From Pedobacter sp. (GTDB lineage: Bacteria; Bacteroidota; Bacteroidia; Sphingobacteriales; Sphingobacteriaceae): 64,000 nucleotides of DNA. The translations under genes and the position numbers were made by a program. The DNA lies in contig NZ_JBAZQQ010000011.1 of NCBI RefSeq assembly GCF_041645105.1, positions 37,884 to 101,883 of the forward strand, given 5' to 3'. Positions 10,189 to 19,630 of this stretch are shown here, piece by piece (the stretch's first letter is position 1; every line of letters begins with the position of its first letter). A model generated the notes under the pieces. That model made no database searches and was not told the DNA's origin. It was given only the letters and a program-made list of their open reading frames with translations.

Positions 10189-10241
10189 TAATAAACCCAC
10201 ATAATTTTCATTTATACTTCATAAATCAATAATTTTGCTAC

Positions 10242-11027
10242 ATGAAAACGTTCAATCTCACCTTCTCGTTGTTATTGCTTTTTGCTTTATACAGTAATGC
10301 CCAGGATTTTAATAAATATGAAAAAGGGAGCTTTCTGAAAGGAAAAGATAATATCGACTATAGGGTATTGTTTCCAGAGAACTTTGATGCAACAAAAAAA
10401 TATCCTATCCTCTTTTTCCTCCATGGCAGTGGTGAAAAGGGGAATGACAATCAATCACAATTGACCCACGGGGCAAAGCTGTTCTTAAGGGAAGATATAA
10501 GGAAGAATTTTCCTGCAATTGTAGTATTTCCGCAGTGTAGTCCAGATAGCTACTGGTCAAATGTAAATATTGTACCTGACGGCAAAGGTAAAAGAGAATT
10601 TATTTTTCAGGAAAAAGGCGAACCTAGCAAAGCCATGAATGCTTTGCTAGGTTTAGTAGATAGTTTTTTACAAAAAACTTATGTAGATACACAACGTGTT
10701 TATGTGGCAGGCTTATCGATGGGTGGAATGGGTACTTATGAATTGTTAAGACGCAAACCCAGGACATTTGCAGCAGCTTTTTCAATCTGTGGAGGTGATA
10801 ATGTAGCCAACGTACAGAAGTATAAGAACACCCCCTTATGGATATTCCATGGTGAAAAAGATGACGTAGTTCCGGTTGTTTTTTCGACAAGGATTGCAGA
10901 TCAATTAAAAGTACTTGGCAAACCTGTTAAATTAACATTATATCCAGAAGCCAACCACAACAGTTGGGACGCTACCTTTGCAGAACCGGAGTTATTACCT
11001 TGGTTATTTTCCAACAAAAAGAAATAA
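10242..11027 (+). CDS. Secreted alpha/beta-hydrolase (esterase / predicted peptidase family)
   Basis: Signal peptide; FLHGSGE, nucleophile elbow GLSMGG, HGEKDDVV, HNSW catalytic His. Confidence 0.88.
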   Translation: MKTFNLTFSLLLLFALYSNAQDFNKYEKGSFLKGKDNIDYRVLFPENFDATKKYPILFFLHGSGEKGNDNQSQLTHGAKLFLREDIRKNFPAIVVFPQCSPDSYWSNVNIVPDGKGKREFIFQEKGEPSKAMNALLGLVDSFLQKTYVDTQRVYVAGLSMGGMGTYELLRRKPRTFAAAFSICGGDNVANVQKYKNTPLWIFHGEKDDVVPVVFSTRIADQLKVLGKPVKLTLYPEANHNSWDATFAEPELLPWLFSNKKK

Positions 11028-11182
11028 GTTATTGAAATAGTCCGAAACGGTCTATACAAATAGACATTTATTCAGCTAAGTATCATTTTTATTGTAAAAC
11101 ATGTTTTTTTTTCAATAAAATCTAGCATTTCGTATATTCTTACTTATTTTGGAAGCTTCGCCTACAAAACAAACAAGATTAA

Positions 11183-13498
11183 ATGCTATTTATTGTACTG
11201 TCAGGAATAATCACTTCATGTCTTTTAGTCCCATTTGGAAAATTTTTCAAATCCAAATGGAGTGCTGCCTTTTCTATTTTGCCGATCCTATTATTCAGCT
11301 ACTTCTGCAGTTTCATTCCTTCTGTAATGGAAAGCAAAGTATGGTTTGAATCCTATAAATGGGTACCCTCTTTAGATATCAATTTTGATTTCAGACTGGA
11401 TGGGCTTTCGCTACTATTTAGTTTATTAATTACTGGTATAGGATCCTTTATTTTTATATATGCTAGCTCATATCTTAAAGGACATCAATACCTTGATCGC
11501 TTCTATGGCTACTTATGCTTGTTCATGTCGGCCATGCTGGGTGTAGTATTATCAGACAATATCCTTTTGTTATTTGTATTCTGGGAACTCACCAGTATTA
11601 GTTCTTTCTTTCTTATTGGCTTTAATAATGACAGCAACGAATCCAGAAAAAGTGCACTAACAGCACTTGGTGTAACTGGACTTGGAGGCTTTTTTCTCCT
11701 TGCTGGCTTAATTTTGCTGAGCCAGATAGCTGGAACTTACTCAATACAACAACTAATCTTACAAGCCGACCAAATCAGAGGACATAATTTATATCCTCTT
11801 GTATTGGGATTGATTTTTATTGCTGCTTTTACTAAATCGGCACAGTTCCCATTCCATTTTTGGTTACCTGGTGCGATGAAAGCTCCAACTCCTGTATCTG
11901 CTTACCTACATTCTGCAACAATGGTTAAAGCAGGAATTTTTCTGCTGGCCCGTTTTACACCAATTCTGGGAGGGACACCAGAATGGTCATATACCTTAAT
12001 GATTGTTGGTGGTATTACTATGCTTTATGCTGCGATACATTCCTTGTTCAGAACAGATTTGAAAGGTGTACTTGCCTATTCCACTATATCAGCACTTGGA
12101 ATACTCACTTTTTTAATTGGTCTTGGAACTGAAGCTGCTCTTATTGCCGCAGCGACTTTTATAATTGTCCATGCCTTATATAAAGCTGCTCTATTTTTAA
12201 TCACTGGCATCATTGATCATGAAACAGGCACCAGAGACCTGACCAAGCTATCGGGGCTCCGGAGTGTATTATTTCCTGTTTTTATTGCAGGATTACTGGC
12301 TGCACTTTCCAGTGCAGGTCTCCCACTCTCATTTGGGTTTATCGGAAAAGATCTTATTTATGAAGCGACATTGCATGCTGATCAAAAAATCGCAATATTT
12401 CTCACTATTGCAGCAGTCCTTACCAATGTTTGCCTGGTTGCCGCAGGTTTTCTTGCGGGGATAAAGCCTTTCACTGGCAAATTGCCCCACCGTTTTGAAA
12501 AGATTCATTTGCCTTATAAGTCAATGTGGATTCCACCCCTGGCGCTTGCCATTCTTGGCTTTGTATTTGGCTGTTTCCCTGGAATAATAGGAGATTATAT
12601 CATCTCCCCAACTGTACATGCTGTAGCCGGAACTGCAGTTGATTTTCATTTGAAAATATGGCATGGCTTTAACACCGTACTTATTTTAAGTCTGGTAACA
12701 CTTGCAGCTGGGACAGGGCTCTATTACGTAAATACACCTGACCATAAAAAAATGGTATTTGTAAGGCGTTTTAACTGGATTTCACCTCATAACATTTTTA
12801 ATAAATTGTCTGACGGTTTTGTTTCATTTTCCACGTGGTATTCGGCTACAATGCACAATGGCTTCCTAAGGTCTTATCTTCTTAAAATCATCATATTTGC
12901 TGAGGCTTTACTCTTGTATGAATTAATTATTGGAGGACCAATCTATATTGATTACAGTAAGCTATCAGAAATTAGTGTCTATGAAGCTGTAAATGTATTT
13001 ATCCTGATGGCTGCTGTAGTGCTTACTCTTCGTACTTCGTCAAGACTCACAGCAGTTGTTGGCACTAGTGTAATCGGATATGCCATTTGTTTAATGTTTG
13101 TTTTTTACAGTGCACCTGACCTGGCCATAACACAATTTACAATAGATACATTAACGGTAGTCCTGTTTGTATTTGTCTTATTTAATTTACCGCCATTCCT
13201 TAATTTCTCAACCAACAATTCAAGAACAATCACCAGAGATGCATTTGTAGCCATTACTTTTGGAGCAATCTTATCAGTTATTGCTATCAAAGTGTTGCAG
13301 GTACCAACTGTTATAGAAACCAGCGAGTTTTACGGAAAATATGCCTATACACTTGCAAAGGGAAAGAATGTAGTTAATGTTATTCTTGTAGACTTCAGGG
13401 GATTTGATACCATGTTTGAAATTGTAGTGTTAAGTATCGCTGCTTTAGGTGTATATAGTTTACTAAAATTAAGGTTAAAATCTTCAGAAAGGGAATAA
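11183..13498 (+). CDS. mrpA: Mrp Na+/H+ antiporter subunit A
   Basis: NuoL-like: [49 protein letters not shown]; C-terminal [15 protein letters not shown]. Confidence 0.97.
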   Translation: MLFIVLSGIITSCLLVPFGKFFKSKWSAAFSILPILLFSYFCSFIPSVMESKVWFESYKWVPSLDINFDFRLDGLSLLFSLLITGIGSFIFIYASSYLKGHQYLDRFYGYLCLFMSAMLGVVLSDNILLLFVFWELTSISSFFLIGFNNDSNESRKSALTALGVTGLGGFFLLAGLILLSQIAGTYSIQQLILQADQIRGHNLYPLVLGLIFIAAFTKSAQFPFHFWLPGAMKAPTPVSAYLHSATMVKAGIFLLARFTPILGGTPEWSYTLMIVGGITMLYAAIHSLFRTDLKGVLAYSTISALGILTFLIGLGTEAALIAAATFIIVHALYKAALFLITGIIDHETGTRDLTKLSGLRSVLFPVFIAGLLAALSSAGLPLSFGFIGKDLIYEATLHADQKIAIFLTIAAVLTNVCLVAAGFLAGIKPFTGKLPHRFEKIHLPYKSMWIPPLALAILGFVFGCFPGIIGDYIISPTVHAVAGTAVDFHLKIWHGFNTVLILSLVTLAAGTGLYYVNTPDHKKMVFVRRFNWISPHNIFNKLSDGFVSFSTWYSATMHNGFLRSYLLKIIIFAEALLLYELIIGGPIYIDYSKLSEISVYEAVNVFILMAAVVLTLRTSSRLTAVVGTSVIGYAICLMFVFYSAPDLAITQFTIDTLTVVLFVFVLFNLPPFLNFSTNNSRTITRDAFVAITFGAILSVIAIKVLQVPTVIETSEFYGKYAYTLAKGKNVVNVILVDFRGFDTMFEIVVLSIAALGVYSLLKLRLKSSERE

Positions 13499-13500
13499 TT

Positions 13501-13914
13501 ATGAGAAGTACTATTTTACAAACCGCATCAAATTATCTGCTCCCCATCTTATTGTTGTTCTCTATTTTCTTGCTGCTACGCGGGCATTATTACCCTGGTG
13601 GCGGATTCGTAGGTGGCTTAGTTGCTTCTATTGCCTTTGTCCTTCATAGTTTAGCTTATGGAACAGATAGTACAATGAAAATTCTTCGATATAAGCCTTT
13701 ATCACTGATTCCTGCAGGACTAATCATAGCTACATTAAGCATGTTTGCTCCAGTATTATTCGGATTGCCCGTAATGACAGGACTTTGGATAGAGCAGCCC
13801 ATTCCTGTTATTGGAATGATTGGTTCCGCACTATTCTTCGACCTGGGTGTTTATCTGGTGGTAATCGGTGTAGTATTAACTATTTTATTCACCATTTCTC
13901 TGGAAACCAACTAA
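13501..13914 (+). CDS. mrpB: Mrp antiporter subunit B
   Basis: [26 protein letters not shown]. Confidence 0.95.
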   Translation: MRSTILQTASNYLLPILLLFSIFLLLRGHYYPGGGFVGGLVASIAFVLHSLAYGTDSTMKILRYKPLSLIPAGLIIATLSMFAPVLFGLPVMTGLWIEQPIPVIGMIGSALFFDLGVYLVVIGVVLTILFTISLETN

Positions 13915-13915
13915 T

Positions 13916-14272
13916 ATGGAACTTATACTCGTCCTCCTTATTGGCGTTTTGTATGCCGCCGGTGTCTATCTGATTTTAAGAAGAAGTATGGTCCGCCTAC
14001 TTTTGGGTATCATACTTTTGGGTAATGGCACCAACATTCTGATATTTCTATTGGGTAATATTACCAAGGGCAAAGCTCCCATCATCGATGCTGACCTAAA
14101 AACCTTTGCTGACATTTATGCGGACCCCATTCCTCAGGCATTGATTCTGACTGCAATTGTGATCAGCTTTGGTCTTACCTCCTTTGCTATTGTTTTATTA
14201 AAACGTGTATATGCCTTATTAGGCTCAGATGACCTGGATGACTTAAACACACCAGAAGAAGAAGATTTATGA
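13916..14272 (+). CDS. mrpC: Mrp antiporter subunit C
   Basis: DPIPQALILTAIVISFG. Confidence 0.95.
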   Translation: MELILVLLIGVLYAAGVYLILRRSMVRLLLGIILLGNGTNILIFLLGNITKGKAPIIDADLKTFADIYADPIPQALILTAIVISFGLTSFAIVLLKRVYALLGSDDLDDLNTPEEEDL

Positions 14273-15771
14273 TTGATAACCAGATAATAGCAACAGTAAT
14301 AATTCATTTATTTACCGCCTTATTGCAACTGGCATTCTGGCGGAAAACTGTAACACAACGTGTATTAAGTATTACCGGAAGTTTTATCGGGCTTTTATTC
14401 TCTATACATTTATTTTCTAAAGTACTTCATGGTGGCATCTTAACGATGAATGCCGCAAACTGGCAGGCTCCGTTCGGAATTGTATTTGTGGCCGACCTGT
14501 TTAGCATTACGATGGTATTACTTACCTCTATCGCCGCCCTGGCCATTTCTTTATTTTCTGCACAGGGTGTAGGCCGGGCCAGAATGCTATATGGCTATTT
14601 CCCTATTTTTCATTTTCTGATCATGGGTCTGAATGGGGCTTTCCTAACAGGAGATATCTTCAATTTGTATGTATGGTTTGAGGTAGTTATCATTTCTTCA
14701 TTTGTTTTACTTACCCTTGGTGGGCGAAAGTCACAATTAGAAGGTGCTGTAAAATATATGGCCATGAATATTCTGGCCTCTATGTTCTTCTTAACTGGCA
14801 TTGGTATATTATACGGTATAACCGGCACTTTAAATATGGCCGACCTGTCGCTAAAAATCCCATTGGTCGAAAACCAGACTATTGTAAACCTGACTTCAAT
14901 GTTTTTCCTGATAGGATTTGGAATCAAATCGGCCGTATTCCCTCTTTATTTCTGGCTTCCTTCCTCTTATCATACGCCTCCCTCTGCTGTGGCAGCAGCC
15001 TTTGGCGGCTTATTAACCAAGGTGGGTATTTATGCTATGTTCAGAGTATTTACTTTGATTTTTATCCCGAATGATTTCATAAAAACCTTATTTATAATAA
15101 TGGGTATTATGACTATTCTGACTGGGGCTTTTGGTGCAGTAATTAAGAACAATATCAGGCGTTTGTTCTCATATTTAATTGTGTGCCATATTGGATTTAT
15201 TATTGGAGGACTTGGTTTATATACCAAACTGGCATTTACTGGTGCTATCTTTTACCTCATTCATGATATTATTGTTAAAACCAATCTATTTCTAATATCA
15301 GGACTAATCCAACAGTTACGTGGCACAATGAACATGTCCAGACTAGGTGGTTTATATGCAGAATACCCCAAATTATCTCTGTTGATCGCTATTGTCCTTT
15401 TCTCACTGGCAGGCATTCCACCCCTTTCAGGATTCTGGCCCAAAATTTACCTGATTGATGCGGCTTATGTTGGTGAAAACTACTTCCTTATTGCAGCCAT
15501 CATTATCGGTAGTTTTGTAACACTAATGATGGTCGCTAAAATGTGGTCAGAAGTATTTTGGAAAGACGCTTCTACAGAAGCCCCAGTAACAGATGCTTTC
15601 AAACCTTTGAGCTCTTTAAAAAAAACAATGTTGGTACTTCCAATCGGGATACTAGCTATGACAACTCTTTTTATCGGCCTTAATGCCGAAATGGTTATCA
15701 GAGTTGCCGAACAGATAAGTAATGAAATGTTAGATACCAGTCCTTATATAAAGGCAGTACTGGGTAAATAA
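14269..15771 (+). CDS. mrpD: Mrp antiporter subunit D
   Basis: TGDIFNLYVWFEV, KSAVFPLYFWLP, LLTKVG, GIPPLSGFWPK. Confidence 0.96.
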   Translation: MIDNQIIATVIIHLFTALLQLAFWRKTVTQRVLSITGSFIGLLFSIHLFSKVLHGGILTMNAANWQAPFGIVFVADLFSITMVLLTSIAALAISLFSAQGVGRARMLYGYFPIFHFLIMGLNGAFLTGDIFNLYVWFEVVIISSFVLLTLGGRKSQLEGAVKYMAMNILASMFFLTGIGILYGITGTLNMADLSLKIPLVENQTIVNLTSMFFLIGFGIKSAVFPLYFWLPSSYHTPPSAVAAAFGGLLTKVGIYAMFRVFTLIFIPNDFIKTLFIIMGIMTILTGAFGAVIKNNIRRLFSYLIVCHIGFIIGGLGLYTKLAFTGAIFYLIHDIIVKTNLFLISGLIQQLRGTMNMSRLGGLYAEYPKLSLLIAIVLFSLAGIPPLSGFWPKIYLIDAAYVGENYFLIAAIIIGSFVTLMMVAKMWSEVFWKDASTEAPVTDAFKPLSSLKKTMLVLPIGILAMTTLFIGLNAEMVIRVAEQISNEMLDTSPYIKAVLGK

Positions 15772-15781
15772 AATTTACGAT

Positions 15782-16258
15782 ATGATTAAGCACTTTTTAA
15801 TGAACCTATTGCTCTCCTTTATTTGGGTGGCCTTAACAGGTTCCATGTATTATTCCAATTTTGTATTTGGTTTTGCACTGGGCTTTTGTATCCTCTGGAT
15901 CATGAACCGGGATGAAACAGATCGACGCTATTTTTCACGTGTACCGAAGACCATTGGAGTTTTCTTTTACTTTCTATACGAAATGATTGTGGCGAATATT
16001 CAAGTCGCTTACGATGTAATTACTCCAAAATATTTTTTTAAACCTGGCATTGTCCGCTATCCACTGGAGGCTAATTCTGACTTGGAAATCAATTTATTGT
16101 CGACTATGATCTCACTCACTCCCGGAACTCTTATCCTCGATGTCAGTGAAGATAAAAAGTCACTGTTTATCCATGTGATGTATATGAAAGACAGGGAAAC
16201 ATTTATTGCGCAGATCAAAAACGGATTTGAGAAAAGATTATTAGAGATCATACGATGA
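15782..16258 (+). CDS. mrpE: Mrp antiporter subunit E
   Basis: PGIVRYPL, ISLTPGTL; position in the operon. Confidence 0.94.
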   Translation: MIKHFLMNLLLSFIWVALTGSMYYSNFVFGFALGFCILWIMNRDETDRRYFSRVPKTIGVFFYFLYEMIVANIQVAYDVITPKYFFKPGIVRYPLEANSDLEINLLSTMISLTPGTLILDVSEDKKSLFIHVMYMKDRETFIAQIKNGFEKRLLEIIR

Positions 16259-16521
16259 CATTAGCAACATATTTAGACTACGTAATTTTACCGATATTGA
16301 CTATTTCAGTCATTTTGGTATTTATCAGATTATATAAGGGTCCTGAAGTGGTAGACCGTGTTGTAGCACTGGATTTGCTGATTACAATCGGTATTGCGCT
16401 GATTACCGTATACAGCATCCGTTCTCTGGAGCCCATTTTTCTGGATGTGGCTATGATTTTGGCCCTAATCGCTTTTTTGGGTACTATTTCATTTTCATTT
16501 TATTTAGATAAGAAAAAGTAA
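16255..16521 (+). CDS. mrpF: Mrp antiporter subunit F
   Basis: GPEVVDRVVALD, ALIAFLGT. Confidence 0.93.
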   Translation: MTLATYLDYVILPILTISVILVFIRLYKGPEVVDRVVALDLLITIGIALITVYSIRSLEPIFLDVAMILALIAFLGTISFSFYLDKKK

Positions 16522-16523
16522 TT

Positions 16524-16883
16524 ATGACAGATATTTTAATTGGTGTAATAAGTACCATTGGCGCTCTGGCCATATTATTTGCTTCTATAGGGATCCTAAG
16601 AATGCCAGATTTTTATCTGCGTCTTTCAGTAACTGTAAAGGCCTCAACGATGGGCGTAGGTCTGTTTCTGACATGCGCAGCAATCATATTCCCTGATGTT
16701 TCTGTTACCACTAAAGCCATTGCAACTGTATTTTTCCTTGTATTGACTGCACCTGTAGGGGCACATATGATTGCAAGAACCGCGTATCACAAAAGAATTG
16801 CTATGTGGAAGGATACGGTAATGGACGAATACGAAAACAACATTGAAGAGAAAGACACTGAACAAAAAGAGCAGGAACATTAA
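16524..16883 (+). CDS. mrpG: Mrp antiporter subunit G
   Basis: GILRMPDFYLRL, LTAPVGAHMIAR. Confidence 0.93.
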   Translation: MTDILIGVISTIGALAILFASIGILRMPDFYLRLSVTVKASTMGVGLFLTCAAIIFPDVSVTTKAIATVFFLVLTAPVGAHMIARTAYHKRIAMWKDTVMDEYENNIEEKDTEQKEQEH

Positions 16884-16920
16884 ATGCCCTGCTCTTTTAA
16901 TTTTATCCTTTTCAGATCAC

Positions 16921-17649
16921 CTATTCTGCCATATTGTGATAAACAGCCTGAACGTCGTCATCTTCTTCTAATTTATCAATCAGTTTCAAAACATCAGCTG
17001 CCTGCTCCTCTGTTACTTCATGGTGCGACAAAGCAATTCGCTCTAGTTTAGAGCTCTTCAATTCTATACCTTTTTCTTCCAGTGCTTTTTGTAGTGTACC
17101 AAAGTTTTCAAAAGGGCCTTGTGCAACCGCAATATCATTTCCTTCTTCATCCGCCTCTACGTATAATTCTTCTAGTCCGGCATCAATCAGTTCAAACTCT
17201 AATTCTTCCAGATCCATATCATCAGAAGGAACAAATCTGAATACCGATTTTCTGTTGAACACAAAATCAAGTGATCCCGTTTTACCTAAAGTGCCGTTTG
17301 TTTTATTGAAATAACTACGCACATTCGCAACAGTTCTGTTTGTGTTATCTGTAGCTGTCTCAATCAAAACCGCAACACCATGTGGCGCGTATCCCTCATA
17401 AACGATTTCTTCATAATTGGCCATGCTCTTATCAGAAGCTCTTTTAATAGCTGCTTCTACACGGTCTTTTGGCATATTTACCGCTTTAGCATTTTGCATT
17501 GCGGTACGCAAACGTGAATTGGTTTCGGGATGTGGCCCGGCATCTTTTACCGCCATCACGATATCTTTACCTATCCTGGTAAACTGCACAGCCATTTTGG
17601 CCCAACGTTTAAACTTTCTTTCTTTTCTAAATTCGAATGCTCTTCCCAT
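16921..17649 (-). CDS. yebC: YebC/PmpR family protein
   Basis: MPKDRVEAAIKRA, YEGYAPHGVA, TDNTNRT, LEEDDDVQAVYHN. Confidence 0.95.
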   Translation of the reverse strand: MGRAFEFRKERKFKRWAKMAVQFTRIGKDIVMAVKDAGPHPETNSRLRTAMQNAKAVNMPKDRVEAAIKRASDKSMANYEEIVYEGYAPHGVAVLIETATDNTNRTVANVRSYFNKTNGTLGKTGSLDFVFNRKSVFRFVPSDDMDLEELEFELIDAGLEELYVEADEEGNDIAVAQGPFENFGTLQKALEEKGIELKSSKLERIALSHHEVTEEQAADVLKLIDKLEEDDDVQAVYHNMAE

Positions 17650-17691
17650 TTTTTAATTTTATTACTAGTAGCCAGTATTCAAAGCCAGCCT

Positions 17692-17699
17692 CAAAACTA
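17692..17699 (-). promoter_or_regulatory. Bacteroidota -7 promoter element for yebC
   Basis: TAGTTTTG on the minus strand matches TAnnTTTG, about 40 nt upstream of the start. Confidence 0.5.
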
Positions 17700-17704
17700 G
17701 ATAT

Positions 17705-18649
17705 TTATTTTTTTAAATTCTTCAACATATCTGAAGTTAGTTTAGACAAATCAAACTCGGGTTTCCATCCCCAGTCTTTAGCGGCATAACTATCATCTAT
17801 AGAACGTGGCCAACCATCAGCAATCAACTGACGTGGATCATTTTCAGTGTAAGTTAACTTAAATTCAGGAATATGTTTTCTGATTTCTGCAGCAAGTATT
17901 TCCGGCGTAAAGCTTACACCTGTAAAATTATAACTAGAACGAATCGAAATTTTGGAAGCTTCCGCATCCATCAATTCTATTGTCCCACGTATTGCATCGT
18001 CCATATACATCATTGGTAATTCAGTTCTTTCGTTTAAGAACGAAGCATAACTCCCTTTCTTTAGTGCATCATGAAAAATATGAATGGCATAGTCTGTTGT
18101 ACCACCACCTGGCGCAGCTTTCCAGCTGATTAATCCCGGGTAACGGATACTACGTACATCTAGTCCATACTTTTGAAAGTAATACTCGCACCAACGCTCA
18201 CCTGCCAATTTACTAATACCATATACTGTATTAGGATCCATTACACTGAATTGCGGGGTAACATCCTTTGGTGAGTTAGGACCAAATACAGCAATAGAAC
18301 TTGGCCAGTAAACTTTTGCTGTTTTATAAGTAATAGCCAAATCCAAAATATTCAAAAGACCATTCATATTCAGATCCCAGGCTAATTTAGGATTTTGTTC
18401 TCCCGTAGCTGACAATAAAGCGGCTAACAGATATACCTGCGTAGGCTTATATTTTCTAAAGATATCATTTAAGGTTTCCTTTTCAAGCACATTCACAAAC
18501 TCGAAAGGGCCTGAATTCTTGATGTCATAATCGGGTCTGCGAATATCACAGGCTATGACATTATTTTCACTATAAGTTTTACGTAAAGCGGTTACCAGTT
18601 CTGTGCCGATCTGACCATTAGAACCTAATACCAATATTTTTTCACTCAT
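17705..18649 (-). CDS. tdh: Extended SDR (NAD-dependent epimerase family), probable L-threonine 3-dehydrogenase
   Basis: GSNGQIG Rossmann motif, YGISK, and the PGGGTTDY motif typical of SDR-type threonine dehydrogenases. Confidence 0.75.
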   Translation of the reverse strand: MSEKILVLGSNGQIGTELVTALRKTYSENNVIACDIRRPDYDIKNSGPFEFVNVLEKETLNDIFRKYKPTQVYLLAALLSATGEQNPKLAWDLNMNGLLNILDLAITYKTAKVYWPSSIAVFGPNSPKDVTPQFSVMDPNTVYGISKLAGERWCEYYFQKYGLDVRSIRYPGLISWKAAPGGGTTDYAIHIFHDALKKGSYASFLNERTELPMMYMDDAIRGTIELMDAEASKISIRSSYNFTGVSFTPEILAAEIRKHIPEFKLTYTENDPRQLIADGWPRSIDDSYAAKDWGWKPEFDLSKLTSDMLKNLKK

Positions 18650-18920
18650 AAATAAGTTAGGATTTGTACAAAAGTAAATAAATGAGCAAACCTATTCAAA
18701 AATGTTTATAACGACCAAAAGATAAAGACGATTATTTGTGCAACGTACAAGATTTATTTTTAGCTGAGTTACTAATGTTATATGTTAAAAAATTGATTTA
18801 GTAACAAAAACATTATATATTTACTTTATGGTGTATTTATAACACTATCTATTTTTATTTGCTTAATATTACAAAACAAAATATAGTTTAAACACATAAT
18901 ACCAACCTTAATAACCGAAT

Positions 18921-19610
18921 ATGAACAGAAGAGAAGCGGTGAAAAGTGTTGCCTTTTTAATGGGCGGGGCACTTTCAGCAACTACAATCGGCGTATTTCT
19001 GGAAAGTTGCAATTCAACATCCACTCCAACAAAGGGCAGTTTATTTACCGATAATCAGCAAAACCTGATTACCGAAGTTGCGGATATTATTATCCCTACT
19101 ACAAAAACTCCTGGTGCAAAAGCCGCTGGTGTAGGACCATTCATTTCAATGATGGTAAAAGATTGTTATCCTGATGATGCCCAAAAAGCCTTTATAAAAG
19201 GGCTGGATGATTTGGAGAAACAATCGAAAGATGAATACAAAAAAGGTTTTCTGGAACTCAGTGTAAAAGAGCGTCAGGATTTACTTGGCAAGCTTAGGGA
19301 TGAGACTGTCGCAGCAACTAAAACTGAAAAGGAAAACCTGGACAAGCAGGAACAAGCTGAAAAAGATAAGCAGCTAACAAATCCTGATGAAAAAGCAACA
19401 TCACAGACAGAGAATACAGGTACAATATCCATTCTTCCTAAAGACAAACCTAAAATGGAACCTCGTTTCTTCTCTATTATCAGAGATTTAACCCTATTGG
19501 GATATTTCACTTCAGAAATTGGTGCAACACAGGCTTATGAATTCGTAGAAATACCTGGTCGTTATGACGGCTGTGCAGATATGAAGCCTGGGCAAAGAGT
19601 TTGGTCGTAA
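18921..19610 (+). CDS. Gluconate 2-dehydrogenase subunit 3 family; small Tat-exported subunit of glycoside 3-dehydrogenase (LacC-like)
   Basis: MNRREAVK twin-arginine, FLESC lipobox, ADIIIPTTKTPGAKAAGV, LTLLGYFTSEIG, IPGRYDG. Confidence 0.88.
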   Translation: MNRREAVKSVAFLMGGALSATTIGVFLESCNSTSTPTKGSLFTDNQQNLITEVADIIIPTTKTPGAKAAGVGPFISMMVKDCYPDDAQKAFIKGLDDLEKQSKDEYKKGFLELSVKERQDLLGKLRDETVAATKTEKENLDKQEQAEKDKQLTNPDEKATSQTENTGTISILPKDKPKMEPRFFSIIRDLTLLGYFTSEIGATQAYEFVEIPGRYDGCADMKPGQRVWS

Positions 19611-19630
19611 ACCTTTTATATCATAAATAA

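Noticed and set aside
11183-16883. The Mrp operon as a novelty, or as part of an osmotic island with MscS, CdaA and the beta-1,2-glucan PUL
   Set aside because: It is a canonical seven-gene mrp operon. The other genes are tens of kb apart with unrelated genes between, and no shared motif was seen.
18768-18805. GTTACTAA...TTAGTAAC inverted repeat upstream of the 3-keto cluster as an operator
   Set aside because: 8 bp arms in very AT-rich DNA and no second copy found; too weak to call.
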